DNA from: an uncultured Myxococcales bacterium
Lineage (GTDB): Bacteria > Myxococcota_A > Polyangia > Fen-1088
DNA length: 64,000 nt
NCBI GenBank assembly: GCA_964443975.1
Contig: CAYUFS010000023.1
Location: 1,953 to 65,952 of the forward strand
Direction: 5' to 3'
Under the pieces are notes generated by a model. It made no database searches and had not been told where the DNA came from. It saw nothing but the letters and a program-made list of their open reading frames with translations. The first letter of the stretch is position 1. Each line of letters opens with the position of its first letter. Below, in pieces: positions 29,365-38,987 of this stretch. Position numbers and translations under genes: made by a program.

Positions 29365-30723
29365 TCAGGCGAGCATGGAGGTGATGACCCCCGACTGGCC
29401 GCCCATGCTGGTGGTGACGCCCACCGCCTTGGCCAGCGTGTTCAACATGGTGGCGGTCGAGGCGCTGCCCGCGTCGACGTATTGACCCTTCTTCAAGAAG
29501 CCGCTCGCGGTTCCGGCCATGAGGAACGGCAACGGCCCGAAGCCGTGGTCGGGGCCAGTCGACAGCTGATTCGTGTTGACGGCGACCCCTTGATCGAGGA
29601 GCGGGCCCGTCGCCGTCTGCACCGCCGAGAGCTGGTCGAGAAAGTACTTGAAGTGGTTGATCTGAATCCGGTCGATGGCCTGGCATAGCGTGTACGAGTT
29701 GGGGAGCGTCCGGTGCGAGGCCGTGTGGAACTGCACGCTGGTCCCGTTGACCGTGTACACATGGTCGTCCTCTCGGTCTCCCACCTGCAACACGGCGACG
29801 CGTGTGTATCCCGACGACAGCGCGAACACCATCAGATCCATGTGGAGGGTCTGGATGAGCTCGTGGTTTTCGCCTGCGTAGGGCGACGCATCGACGGTGG
29901 TCATCTGGGAAATCTTGTCCGCCGACAGCGTGGCGTTGGTGATCTTGATCTCCATGTCGCGAATGGTCGAAAAGTGCTGGTCCAGTCGCTGCTGGTCGTC
30001 GGCGGTGAGCTCGGGGCGCGCGCGCAGCGCGGTGATTTGCGCGCGCAGGAGGTCGTTGACGCTCTTGCGCCGGAGCGCGAGCGGATCCGCGGCGCCGCCC
30101 GTGGTGGTGCCGAGGGTGCCGATCATTCTCTGATACGCCTTCAGGGGCGAATCGATCGCGGGTCGCTGCTGCCCGCCCGCGATGTAGGAGATATAGGACG
30201 GCACGTTGAAGCCGGAGCCCCCCGCCGAGTACATGCCCGCGTGCAGGAACAGCGGATCGACGCCGGGGGGATTGATGGCCTTGGCGATCACGGTGTCGAC
30301 GGACACGCTCGAAGACACGGCCTGGTTCGAGTTGCCGCTGACCGTCGGGGTGCCGGTGAGGATCTGCGCGCACGCCGAGGCGTGGTTGCAGCCCGTCGCC
30401 GACGCGGAATGGGACACGCCGCGGACGAGCAGCAGCCGGTCCGCGTACACCGCGAGCTCGCCCGTCGCGCGCGTCGGGTTGTCGGCCAGCATGCCCGCCT
30501 GGGTCAGGGCGCCGAGCTTCGTGGGCCACCAGGCCTCGGCCTCGCCGGTCTTGGCCTGCACCACGCCGTTGGCGCTGCAGACGATCCCGAGGAACGGCGG
30601 CGTGGCAGCCCACGCCCTCCTGGGCAGAGAGGCCTCGAGGATCGGCAGGCCGAGGGTCACGGCCCCGGCTCCCACGAGGAACTGGCGGCGACCGAACCGG
30701 CGCTGCTCGCGAATGGGGTTCAT
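29365..30723 (-). CDS. DUF1552-family protein with a twin-arginine signal
   Basis: An internal Met gives MNPIREQRRFGRRQFLVGAGAVTLGLPILEASLPRRAWA (RRQFL Tat motif). The family assignment comes from length and the conserved partner gene. The ORF-track form extends to 31212 through Arg-rich sequence. Confidence 0.65.
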   Translation of the reverse strand: MNPIREQRRFGRRQFLVGAGAVTLGLPILEASLPRRAWAATPPFLGIVCSANGVVQAKTGEAEAWWPTKLGALTQAGMLADNPTRATGELAVYADRLLLVRGVSHSASATGCNHASACAQILTGTPTVSGNSNQAVSSSVSVDTVIAKAINPPGVDPLFLHAGMYSAGGSGFNVPSYISYIAGGQQRPAIDSPLKAYQRMIGTLGTTTGGAADPLALRRKSVNDLLRAQITALRARPELTADDQQRLDQHFSTIRDMEIKITNATLSADKISQMTTVDASPYAGENHELIQTLHMDLMVFALSSGYTRVAVLQVGDREDDHVYTVNGTSVQFHTASHRTLPNSYTLCQAIDRIQINHFKYFLDQLSAVQTATGPLLDQGVAVNTNQLSTGPDHGFGPLPFLMAGTASGFLKKGQYVDAGSASTATMLNTLAKAVGVTTSMGGQSGVITSMLA

Positions 30724-32594
30724 CAGGGCGCCTCCACGCGGGTCACGAACGCGTCGTCCGACACCAAGGCCACCATCAGATCGACGCTGGAGATATTCTG
30801 GCCGAGCGATCGTTGCGCAGCGGCGGCCGCCGCGGTCAGGTCGCCCGCGCGCGGGATGCGCGAATAGAGATCGGCGGTCCAGCTGGTGGCGTAGCATGAG
30901 TGGAGTTGCTGGCTCTCCGCGAGCGCGTTGCTGAAGTCCACTTCGTTCGTGAACGACTTCGTTCCGTCGGTGAAGGGATAGCTGCCCGATGTGTCGATGG
31001 GCTGGCCGTTCTCCGTCGTCCGATAGACTCCCAGGCCGTTGAAGTTCTCGAAGGCGAATCCGGCGGGGTTGATGAACACGCCGTGACAGCTGGCGCCGCA
31101 CGTCCCGGGGCCGGTTATGCCGTTCACGATCTGGCGATTGGTCTGGTTCGTTCCGATCGGCGAGGGGATCGTCGGCAGGACGACCCCGGGCGGGGTCGAC
31201 ATCTCCTTGCACAGGAGGCGGCGGTTGATGTACACGCCCCGGTGGATCGAGTCCTGGGTGCTGCCGTCGTGGCCGTAGTAGGCGAGAAATCCGAGGCGCG
31301 TCAGGACGCCGGGGCGCTGTGTAGGATCGAGCTGAACCTGGGTCCAGGTGTTCGCCGAAAAGCTGCCGGTGAGACCGTAAAGGCTGGCGACGGTGCTGTT
31401 CACGAACGTGACCGGCGACGTGAAGATGTCTCGCAGGGTGCCGTTCTGGGCGAAGAGGTACTGGAGGAACTGCTGCGTCTCGGTGTGTAGCAGGGGACCC
31501 ACGGCGGCCGTGAAGGCGGGCGCGACCGCGGGATCCTTCTCGAGCGTGTCGTACTGGCCGAGCCCGAAGAACTGGAAATAGAAGCGATCCACCGCCGACT
31601 TCCCCGCGGCCGTGGCGATCAAGCGCCGCGCGTGCGCGGCGATCGCGTCTGTCCCAGCCAGCGCCGCCTGATCGGCGGCAGCCGCCAGCGTCGCATCGGG
31701 CAGGGAGTTCGTGAGCGCGTAGGACAGATTCGCCGCGATCTCGTAGTCGGTGAGGCGGGCGCGCCCCTGGACGGCGGTGTCGCCGAAGCCCGTTCGATAA
31801 AGAAAATAGGGCGATTGCAGCACGGCCTCGAGGGTGACCTTCACTCCCGCGGCAAACGTCGTCAGGCCTGTCGTCAGGCTCGGAGCCTGGTTGAACAACG
31901 TCAGGTACGCTTGCGTCTCGTCCGAGGTCAGGGGTCGCCGGAACGCGCGCCGCCCGAAGGATTGAATGAAGGACGTGGCCTTACCGGTGGCGTCGGTGGG
32001 GGCGTTGCTCGGCACCAGACGGGCGATGGCGGTGGCGTCGCCGGCGACTTGCCCGGCGAGGCTCTCCGCCGCGGATTGCAGATCGTCGTGCAAGGCCTGA
32101 TTCACGAACAGCGAGTCCGCCTCGTTGTCGAGCCGCACGACGGCGTCGGCGGTCGGCAAGGTCAAAGGCCCCGGATTCGGCAGCATCAGGAGGTCACGCA
32201 CGCTGTTCGCCCATTGGAGCTGACTGAGGCGCGAGATGGTCGGTGTGGCGACGATGGCCGCCACGCCCGGGTCGCTCCCCCCCGAGCCGGTCGCGGCTCC
32301 CGTCCCGCCGATCGCATTGCCCGTTCCGCCGCCCGTCACGCTACCGGTCCCGCCGCCGGTTCCGGGACCAGCGCCACCCGAGGCTGCGGACGTCGCGTTG
32401 CCGCCGGACCCCGGCGAAGCGCCGCCGCCAGTCCCCGAGGTCGGTGTGGCGCCGCCGCTTGCGGACGTGGCGCTCTGGCCACCTGATTGCCCGCCCCCGT
32501 CCGGGGCCGCTTGACCGCTGCCAACGACGCCCGTGCAAGCCCCCATCCCGACGAGGCAGGCCATGAAGCAGCAGGTTCCAGCGCGAGATTTCAC
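30723..32594 (-). CDS. DUF1592/DUF1588/DUF1585-type large secreted protein, partner of DUF1552
   Basis: About 620 aa with an N-terminal hydrophobic Cys-containing signal, a Gly/Ser linker and a C-terminal region (HGVFINPAGFAFENFNGLGVYR). Its stop shares a base with the DUF1552 ATG. The GTG start at 32594 is uncertain; the alternative ATG is 32564. Confidence 0.6.
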   Translation of the reverse strand: MKSRAGTCCFMACLVGMGACTGVVGSGQAAPDGGGQSGGQSATSASGGATPTSGTGGGASPGSGGNATSAASGGAGPGTGGGTGSVTGGGTGNAIGGTGAATGSGGSDPGVAAIVATPTISRLSQLQWANSVRDLLMLPNPGPLTLPTADAVVRLDNEADSLFVNQALHDDLQSAAESLAGQVAGDATAIARLVPSNAPTDATGKATSFIQSFGRRAFRRPLTSDETQAYLTLFNQAPSLTTGLTTFAAGVKVTLEAVLQSPYFLYRTGFGDTAVQGRARLTDYEIAANLSYALTNSLPDATLAAAADQAALAGTDAIAAHARRLIATAAGKSAVDRFYFQFFGLGQYDTLEKDPAVAPAFTAAVGPLLHTETQQFLQYLFAQNGTLRDIFTSPVTFVNSTVASLYGLTGSFSANTWTQVQLDPTQRPGVLTRLGFLAYYGHDGSTQDSIHRGVYINRRLLCKEMSTPPGVVLPTIPSPIGTNQTNRQIVNGITGPGTCGASCHGVFINPAGFAFENFNGLGVYRTTENGQPIDTSGSYPFTDGTKSFTNEVDFSNALAESQQLHSCYATSWTADLYSRIPRAGDLTAAAAAAQRSLGQNISSVDLMVALVSDDAFVTRVEAP

Positions 32595-32786
32595 CAAAAG
32601 GGTCCTTTCACGCCCGCTGGGCTGGCGGCAGGTGGCCAGATCGGCGGGTAAGAAGTTCGGCCTCCCGCAGTGCCGGCAGCGGGGCAGAAGGTCCACCCGC
32701 TTTGCAGAATCTCCCCATTTGAACGGGGTGCACATGCACCTACACGCAGGCCGAGGGGGAGCGGCCCGGTGCGGGCCGCATCCGCC

Positions 32787-34103
32787 TCATTCCAGATCGC
32801 GCGAGGCGTGGCGGACGGCGGTCGCGAAGCGGCCGGTCGGGAACCGAGCCAGGTAGTCCCGCAGGTCGGCGCGAGCCAGGGTTTGATTCCCGGAGGCCAG
32901 GTGACAGGCGGCGCGGCCATAGAGCGCGCGCTCCGCGACCGCCGCCGCTGGATTCGCCTCGAGCAGTCGCGTGAAGTCGGCGGTGGCTTCTGCGCACCGC
33001 TTGGCGCCGGCGCGAAGCTCGCCGCGCAGGAGCGTCAGCTCCAGGCCGCGCGCGGTAGTGGGGATCCGCATGCGCTCCAGCACGGCCAGCGCGGCGGGGC
33101 GTCGGTCCAACGCCAGGAGGGCATCCACGCGCGTGACATCGGCCTCGAGCGTCAGCGCGCTGTTGGGAAATCGCAGCGTGTGCTCGTCGAGGGCCGCCAA
33201 GGCGGCACGGGGATCGTGGTCGCGGCGCAGGCTCCGCAACGCGAGACCGAGGAGCCGCGCTTCCTGCGCGATGCCGGGCAGTGCTGGGGGCGTGGCCTCG
33301 AGCCAGTACGGGGCCGCGTGGCCCCGGGACGTCGGCGGCGTCGGCGCGGCTGGATTGACCGGATGAGTGGCCGGATCGGCGATCGCCACGACGCGGGTCG
33401 CCGGGGGCGGGATGGGCGGGGGCTCCGTCGGGAGGGGAGCCGCGGCAACGGGCGCCGAAGGTCGAGCCTCGCTGGCCGCCGCCGCCGCGACGACCGGCGG
33501 GGCAATTCGGCTCGGGAATCGGCGCGGTGGCACGGCGGTTGGAGTCGGGGCGTGGGTCGTGACGGGAGCCGACGACGGTCCTCCGCCCGCGACGGGACCA
33601 AGCAGGGGTCGCTGCTCGTTGCCCGAAGGCGATACCGCCGAAGCCGACACGACCGAAGGCACTTCGGTCGGCGGATCGGCCCCGACACCTGTCGCCGGGC
33701 GGGTGTCGGGGAGGGCTTCCGGGCGGGGCGACGGGGGCCTGACCCCGCGCACACGCGATCGGAGCTTCCGCAGCGCCTCGAAGGGCGCCGCCGAGGTGAT
33801 GGGCCTCCCGTTCCGGAGCTGAGGCATGGCGACCCACACGCCCGCGGCCGTGACCCCTCCGATGCCGACGCTGAGGGCCACCAAGGCGATGATCGTCTTC
33901 CAACGCAGGCGCGGAGGCGCCATCGGCGAGGGTGACGTGATCCGGTACGCCAGCCGCTGTTGAACGCGCGCGAGCGCGGCGGGGCTGGGGGGCTTCCGAT
34001 TGGCGGCGCTCCGAAGCAGGGTGGCGGCGGCGTCCTCGAGGGTGCCCGCCCGCTGGGGCGAGCCGAGGAGCCTGTCGACCGACGAGGTTCGAGGCGCCCT
34101 CAC
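32787..34103 (-). CDS. Anti-sigma factor with a TM helix, a Pro-rich spacer and C-terminal TPR-like repeats
   Basis: A GTG start at 34103 forms GTGA with the sigma stop. TM helix TIIALVALSVGIGGVTAAGVWVA, a Pro-rich stretch, and C-terminal helical repeats (ALAVLERM...AERALYGRAACHLASGNQTLARADLRDYLARFP). Confidence 0.6.
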   Translation of the reverse strand: MRAPRTSSVDRLLGSPQRAGTLEDAAATLLRSAANRKPPSPAALARVQQRLAYRITSPSPMAPPRLRWKTIIALVALSVGIGGVTAAGVWVAMPQLRNGRPITSAAPFEALRKLRSRVRGVRPPSPRPEALPDTRPATGVGADPPTEVPSVVSASAVSPSGNEQRPLLGPVAGGGPSSAPVTTHAPTPTAVPPRRFPSRIAPPVVAAAAASEARPSAPVAAAPLPTEPPPIPPPATRVVAIADPATHPVNPAAPTPPTSRGHAAPYWLEATPPALPGIAQEARLLGLALRSLRRDHDPRAALAALDEHTLRFPNSALTLEADVTRVDALLALDRRPAALAVLERMRIPTTARGLELTLLRGELRAGAKRCAEATADFTRLLEANPAAAVAERALYGRAACHLASGNQTLARADLRDYLARFPTGRFATAVRHASRDLE

Positions 34104-34675
34104 GGCTGGTCCTCGTCGCGTGGGCTGGTCGCTCGAATCCGCTGGAGGAAAAGCGCGCGCGCGCGATGCAGACGCACCCAGACGGTGGCCGTCTTCAGCC
34201 CCGTTAGCGACGCAATCTGCTCGCCCGAGAGCCCCTCGAGCTCGAAGAGAACCAGCACCATCCGGTACTTCTCGCCGAGGCTGTCGAGGATCCGGTAAAC
34301 CTGCGCTGCTCGCTGCCTGTCGATCAGCACATCGACGGGTGTCAGCGCGGAAGCCCCCAGATCGATGGTCGCCCCGTCGTCGGCCACCGAGCGCGTCAGC
34401 CACGCGCGCAGGCGCGACTTCCGCCGATGAGCGCGCACGATCAAATCCGTGGTCCGGAACAACCACGTGGCAGGCTTCGCGTCGCCCCGAAACTCTCCCA
34501 GTCGTCGGTGAGCGACCAGGAAGACCTCGTGCACGACGTCCTCCGCGTCGACAGCCGGTCCGCCGAGCCGCGTGGCCCATCGCGCCACGGTTGGAGCGTG
34601 GGCTCGGTAGAGCTCCCCGATATCGGGGCGCTCGGCGAGCAACGGGCCGCGGACGCTGAGCTCAGGTCGGTTCAC
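34100..34675 (-). CDS. ECF (group IV) RNA polymerase sigma factor
   Basis: 192 aa from the GTG at 34675. Region 2 (VHEVFLVAHRRLGEF) and region 4 (GLSGEQIASLTGLKTATVWVRLHRAR). Confidence 0.85.
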   Translation of the reverse strand: MNRPELSVRGPLLAERPDIGELYRAHAPTVARWATRLGGPAVDAEDVVHEVFLVAHRRLGEFRGDAKPATWLFRTTDLIVRAHRRKSRLRAWLTRSVADDGATIDLGASALTPVDVLIDRQRAAQVYRILDSLGEKYRMVLVLFELEGLSGEQIASLTGLKTATVWVRLHRARALFLQRIRATSPRDEDQP

Positions 34676-34713
34676 GACTGCCTGGCCTCGTGTCCTGCTC
34701 CGGCCAAGACCTT

Positions 34714-35664
34714 TCACCGAAAACGCCCCAGGCTGACGCCGGCCGACAGCTGGAGCTCGAAGCGGGGCAAAGAGGCCTCGAACCCCGTGCCGCTGGCTAT
34801 CACCGCCTGGCGGCCCGGCCAGGTCCAGGCGTCGAACGCCACAAACGGGGCGAGGCGCCCTTGCGGCCACGCCAACCTGCCCCCGAGCCCGATGCCCACG
34901 TCGACACCTGTCTGGTCGTAGTTCGTGCCGAAACCATCGCCCTGCAACCGAATCACGGCCGCCTCGACGTGCGCCCGGGCGTCGAAGGCGAGCCCTCCGA
35001 GCCAGACCCGCTCCTTCAATCCGGCGTCGAGCGCCGCGCGCGACCAGCGCGCGCGCCCTGGCGCCGGGCCCAGGGCAACGGCGTGCGACCCTTCCACGAG
35101 CAGGGCCGCTCGCGCGCCCAAGCTCGACCGGGCGCGCCCGACCTGCACGTCGACGACCGCGCCGGCGGCGACATCCCCAGCTTGCGCGCCGAGCACGGCC
35201 GCGCCCACTTCCCACGGGCGGTCGGACACGGGGGGAATGGGAGGCGGCTGCGGGGACGCGGTGATCGTCGCCGCCACGGACGAGCGTTCCGGTGCGCTGC
35301 GGGTACGCCGGGGACTGGGCGACGACGGCAACTCCGGCCCGAGGTCGGCGCGCATTTCGCCCTCCCAGGTCGTGATGATCACCGCGGCCGCCGCCGCCAG
35401 ATCCGCGCAGGAGCCCGAGCGCACCAGAGTTCGCTGCGCCAGCAACTCGCCCGTCTGGTTCCGCAGGGAGATGGCGAGGCCCCCATCGCCCAGCACAACG
35501 TCCGCGCTGAGCCGGGGCCCCAGCGACGCCCGTGGCGGGGAGTCGCCCGTCCCGGCGAGTCGGTCGAGCTCGAACGACACCTCGGCGCGCGACGGGCAGT
35601 CCGTGTGGACCTGGAGGTCCACGCCGGCAGCGAGCCACAAGGACACGACGAGGAGCCCTGACAT
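34714..35664 (-). CDS. Hypothetical secreted protein
   Basis: N-terminal signal-like MSGLLVVSLWLAAGVDLQ. No known motif. It lies upstream of the ECF sigma on the same strand. Confidence 0.4.
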   Translation of the reverse strand: MSGLLVVSLWLAAGVDLQVHTDCPSRAEVSFELDRLAGTGDSPPRASLGPRLSADVVLGDGGLAISLRNQTGELLAQRTLVRSGSCADLAAAAAVIITTWEGEMRADLGPELPSSPSPRRTRSAPERSSVAATITASPQPPPIPPVSDRPWEVGAAVLGAQAGDVAAGAVVDVQVGRARSSLGARAALLVEGSHAVALGPAPGRARWSRAALDAGLKERVWLGGLAFDARAHVEAAVIRLQGDGFGTNYDQTGVDVGIGLGGRLAWPQGRLAPFVAFDAWTWPGRQAVIASGTGFEASLPRFELQLSAGVSLGRFR

Positions 35665-35794
35665 GGCTCTAGCTTGCGCTTTCCACGCGTGCCGCCGGTC
35701 TAACCGCGAGCGCGCCGACGCGCGCGGGCTTCGCTCGCAGGCGCCATCCCGCGGGGGATGAAAAGGACCCTCTCAGGGTCCTTTTCATAGTAGG

Positions 35795-38700
35795 TCACGG
35801 GGCCATGAAGACATAGTTGCCAGAGCCCGCGACCAGCTGAAGGGTGGATGTGCCGGTCGTGTTCGCGGTGATCCCCGGCGCGCTCGTCGCGGGCATGCCG
35901 CCTTCGGTGACGCCCGCCGGATTGGCGGTGGGCAGCGTGATGGTGGCGGTCGTGTTCGGGGGAATGCTGACGGTGTAAGTCACGGCTGTGCCGGCTCCGC
36001 GTTGCCAGGCGCTGGTGATCGGTCCCTGGATCGAGTGGTACTGAACGTTCACCGAAGCGACCCCGGTTTGCGGTTGCGGTCGCACGATGAACTTCTTCCA
36101 GCCGGGGGCGGCGGGGTCGGTGCTGATGCCGCCGAGCCCGCTGTAGAGCCACTCCTCTGCGTGGCCCAGCATGGCGTGGTTCTGGGAGTCTGCCGGGTTC
36201 GCGTCCCACGCCTCGGTCAGCGCGGTCGCGCCGCGGTTCACTTGATAGAGATATCCCGGACCGGCCGACTGCTTGACCATCGAGAACATGACGTCGTCCC
36301 GCCCCGCCTGCGACAGCGCGTGGACGAGATAGCGGAAGCCGACGTCTCCGGCGGTGACGCGGTTCTGGGCGCCCGTGACGCTCGAAACCAGGCGCGTGAT
36401 CACGTTCGCGCGCTGGGCGTCCGGCACCAGGCCGAGCGCGATCGGCATGGCCTGGCCGGTCTGGCTGCCGCGATCGAAGGTTCCGTTCGCGGCGAGGAAC
36501 TTCGCGTTGAACGCGTTCGTGACGGTGGCGATCGTCGACTGATACTGGGTGGCGTCGGCCGTGTTGCCGAGCAGCGTCGCCGCCTGTTGCATGACTTGCA
36601 TGTCTTCCAGCCAGATCGCCGTCGCCGTGACACCAGCGGTCGTGAGCTGCGAGGCGCCGGGGGCGGCCGGGCCAACGTCGTACCAGTCCCCGAGGCCGTA
36701 GGCGACAATGTTGCCCGTGGCCTTGCCGGCGAGATAGGTCACGTAGCGCTTCATGTTCGCGTAGTGCTCGCCGAGCGGTTGGCGATCGCCGTACATCTGG
36801 TAGACGCGCCAGGGAGCGAGGATGTACGCGCTCCCCCACTCGGGGGAATCGCGAAAGGCGCCGGCGAACACCGTCATTTCGGGCGCTATGTCGGGGATCA
36901 GGCCGTCGGCGCCCTGCCCGTCCCGCATGTCGCGGATGATCTTCTCGTAGAACGTCGCGACGTCGAAGTTGAACATGATCCCGGTCGCCAGCAAGTGGGA
37001 GGTCTCGAGCCACCCGAGCTTCTCGCGATGTGGGCAGTCGGTGAGGACGTTCTGCAGGTTGCTACGAAAGGCGGCCAGGATGAGCGCGTGGATACGGTTC
37101 AGGTCCGCGTCCGACGACGTGAACTGGCCGACGCTCTCCGCCGAAGCGTAGATGGCCTCGCCCGAGAGGGCCGTGATCTGCGGCCGCGTCGGAAAGCTCG
37201 CGGCCTGCGCGGCGGGAACCGCGGCGTCGACCTGAATGTAACGGAAGCCCGTGTACGAGAAACGCGGGTGCCAGGTCTCCGGGGCGCCACCCTTCAGGGT
37301 GTACGAGAACCAGACGGGCGCGCCCATGCTGGCCTGGTTCACCACCCCGGTCGCGTCGAGAAGCTCACCAGGAGTGAGCTTCACGGCCACGCCGGCGGTT
37401 CCCTGCAGGGTGACCTCGGGCCAACCGGCAAAGTTCTGGCCGAAGTCGTAAACGAACACACCTGGCTGCGGCTGGGTGATCTTCGGCGTCGCGTACTGTT
37501 GTTGGACCTTCACCGGCGGCGCCAAGCGGCCTGTCAGCGTCGGGCCCGCGCCCGCCACCACCGTCGGCCGGGCCCAGGCGGTGTCGACGAAGCCGGCCTT
37601 GTCCCAGCCCGCGGGCTCGGCGCGCGCGTCGAAGTCCTCGCCGCCAAAGATGTTCGAGAAAGTGATGGGGCCCGGCGTCGTCCGCCACGTCGTGGCGTCG
37701 CTGACCACCGCGTCCTTGGTGCCGTCCGCGTACTCGATCTGCAGCCGAAGGATCAGCTTCGGCGGGCCGAAGGATCCGGTGAACTTCGCGTAGCGGGCGC
37801 TGGCCGGAACGTTGTACATGCCGTTGCCTAGGAGTATTGCGACCGCGTTCTGTCCCTGGGTGACGAGGCTCGTCACGTCGTAGGCGGCGTAGTGACACGT
37901 CTTCGCGTAGGTGGTCCAGCTCGGCTCCATCACTGCGTCGCTGACGTTCGTCCCGTTGATGCGCAGCTCGTATTGACCCAGCCCGCAAATGAAGGCCAGC
38001 GCGCGCTGCACGGGCTTGGAGACGGCGACCTCGCGACGGAAGATCGGCAGCGTGCCCGTGGTCCCGCCCCCGGTTATCCATTGCCCGCCCCAATCACCAG
38101 GCGCGAGCAGGCCGATCGTCAGCTCGGCAGGGGCGCTCCACGCGGACAGCCGCCCGGCCTCGTCGTGCACGCGCACCTTCCAGACGACGTGGGCCGCGGA
38201 GGCGAGGGGGCCACCCGCGTAGGTCACGCTCGTGTCGTTTCCGCTGACGACGCCCGTCGCCCAGAGATCGCCCTGGTCGGCGGCGAGCTTGTTGGCCGAC
38301 GTCGCCACGAGGAGCTCGTACGACGCCTGCGCCTGCCCTCGCGCCTTGGCATCGGAGGACTGCAGCTCCCACCCGAGGCGCGGCGTCGCGGTTTGCAGGC
38401 CGATGGGCGTGTCACGAAGCTCCGCGCGCAGGCGGACGGGAAGCAGCGAGCTCGGTTGCCCCGAGGCGCCACCGGCCGAGCCACCCGTGTCTCCCGCGCC
38501 GCCCGAGCCCGTCGGTGATCCGCCGGAGGCCGCGCCGCCCACTCCGTTGACGCCGCCCGTGCCAGCCGGCTGTCCGCCCGCGCCGCCCGAGCCCATCGGC
38601 GATCCGCCCGAAGCCGTGCCGCCGCCGGTGCCGGTCGGAGAACCGCCCGCCATGCCGCCCGAACCAACGCCCGTCCGACCTCCGGTGCCGTTGTTCGCGC

Positions 38701-38893
38701 CGCCTGTCCCGCCAACATGGTTCCCGCCGGTGCCGCTCGAGGATCCACCGGTGCCGGACGCGCCGCCGCTATCTCCGCCGCCCCCGCTGCCCGTGGTGGG
38801 TGTTCCCCCCGATTGCGACGCAGAGCAGGCGGTCCCCAGCGAGGCCAGCAGCAGCAAGGGGAGCACTCCATTCGACTGCGGGGATATCTTCAT
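35795..38893 (-). CDS. Alpha-L-rhamnosidase (glycoside hydrolase family 78) lipoprotein
   Basis: The start at Met 38893 gives lipobox LGTAC, followed by about 150 aa of Gly-rich linker. The GH78 six-hairpin catalytic region (NVLTDCPHREKLGWLETSHLLATGIMFNFD, EAWDANPADSQNHAMLGHAEEWLYSGLGGI) and the overall ~1000-aa architecture fit bacterial rhamnosidases. Confidence 0.8.
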   Translation of the reverse strand: MKISPQSNGVLPLLLLASLGTACSASQSGGTPTTGSGGGGDSGGASGTGGSSSGTGGNHVGGTGGANNGTGGRTGVGSGGMAGGSPTGTGGGTASGGSPMGSGGAGGQPAGTGGVNGVGGAASGGSPTGSGGAGDTGGSAGGASGQPSSLLPVRLRAELRDTPIGLQTATPRLGWELQSSDAKARGQAQASYELLVATSANKLAADQGDLWATGVVSGNDTSVTYAGGPLASAAHVVWKVRVHDEAGRLSAWSAPAELTIGLLAPGDWGGQWITGGGTTGTLPIFRREVAVSKPVQRALAFICGLGQYELRINGTNVSDAVMEPSWTTYAKTCHYAAYDVTSLVTQGQNAVAILLGNGMYNVPASARYAKFTGSFGPPKLILRLQIEYADGTKDAVVSDATTWRTTPGPITFSNIFGGEDFDARAEPAGWDKAGFVDTAWARPTVVAGAGPTLTGRLAPPVKVQQQYATPKITQPQPGVFVYDFGQNFAGWPEVTLQGTAGVAVKLTPGELLDATGVVNQASMGAPVWFSYTLKGGAPETWHPRFSYTGFRYIQVDAAVPAAQAASFPTRPQITALSGEAIYASAESVGQFTSSDADLNRIHALILAAFRSNLQNVLTDCPHREKLGWLETSHLLATGIMFNFDVATFYEKIIRDMRDGQGADGLIPDIAPEMTVFAGAFRDSPEWGSAYILAPWRVYQMYGDRQPLGEHYANMKRYVTYLAGKATGNIVAYGLGDWYDVGPAAPGASQLTTAGVTATAIWLEDMQVMQQAATLLGNTADATQYQSTIATVTNAFNAKFLAANGTFDRGSQTGQAMPIALGLVPDAQRANVITRLVSSVTGAQNRVTAGDVGFRYLVHALSQAGRDDVMFSMVKQSAGPGYLYQVNRGATALTEAWDANPADSQNHAMLGHAEEWLYSGLGGISTDPAAPGWKKFIVRPQPQTGVASVNVQYHSIQGPITSAWQRGAGTAVTYTVSIPPNTTATITLPTANPAGVTEGGMPATSAPGITANTTGTSTLQLVAGSGNYVFMAP

Positions 38894-38987
38894 CGACCCA
38901 CCTCGTCTCTCATCATAACAGGCCGCCGGGCAGGTCTCATTGCGCATACGCCGGCGATCGCCGCGCAAGCGGCGACGACGACGATGA

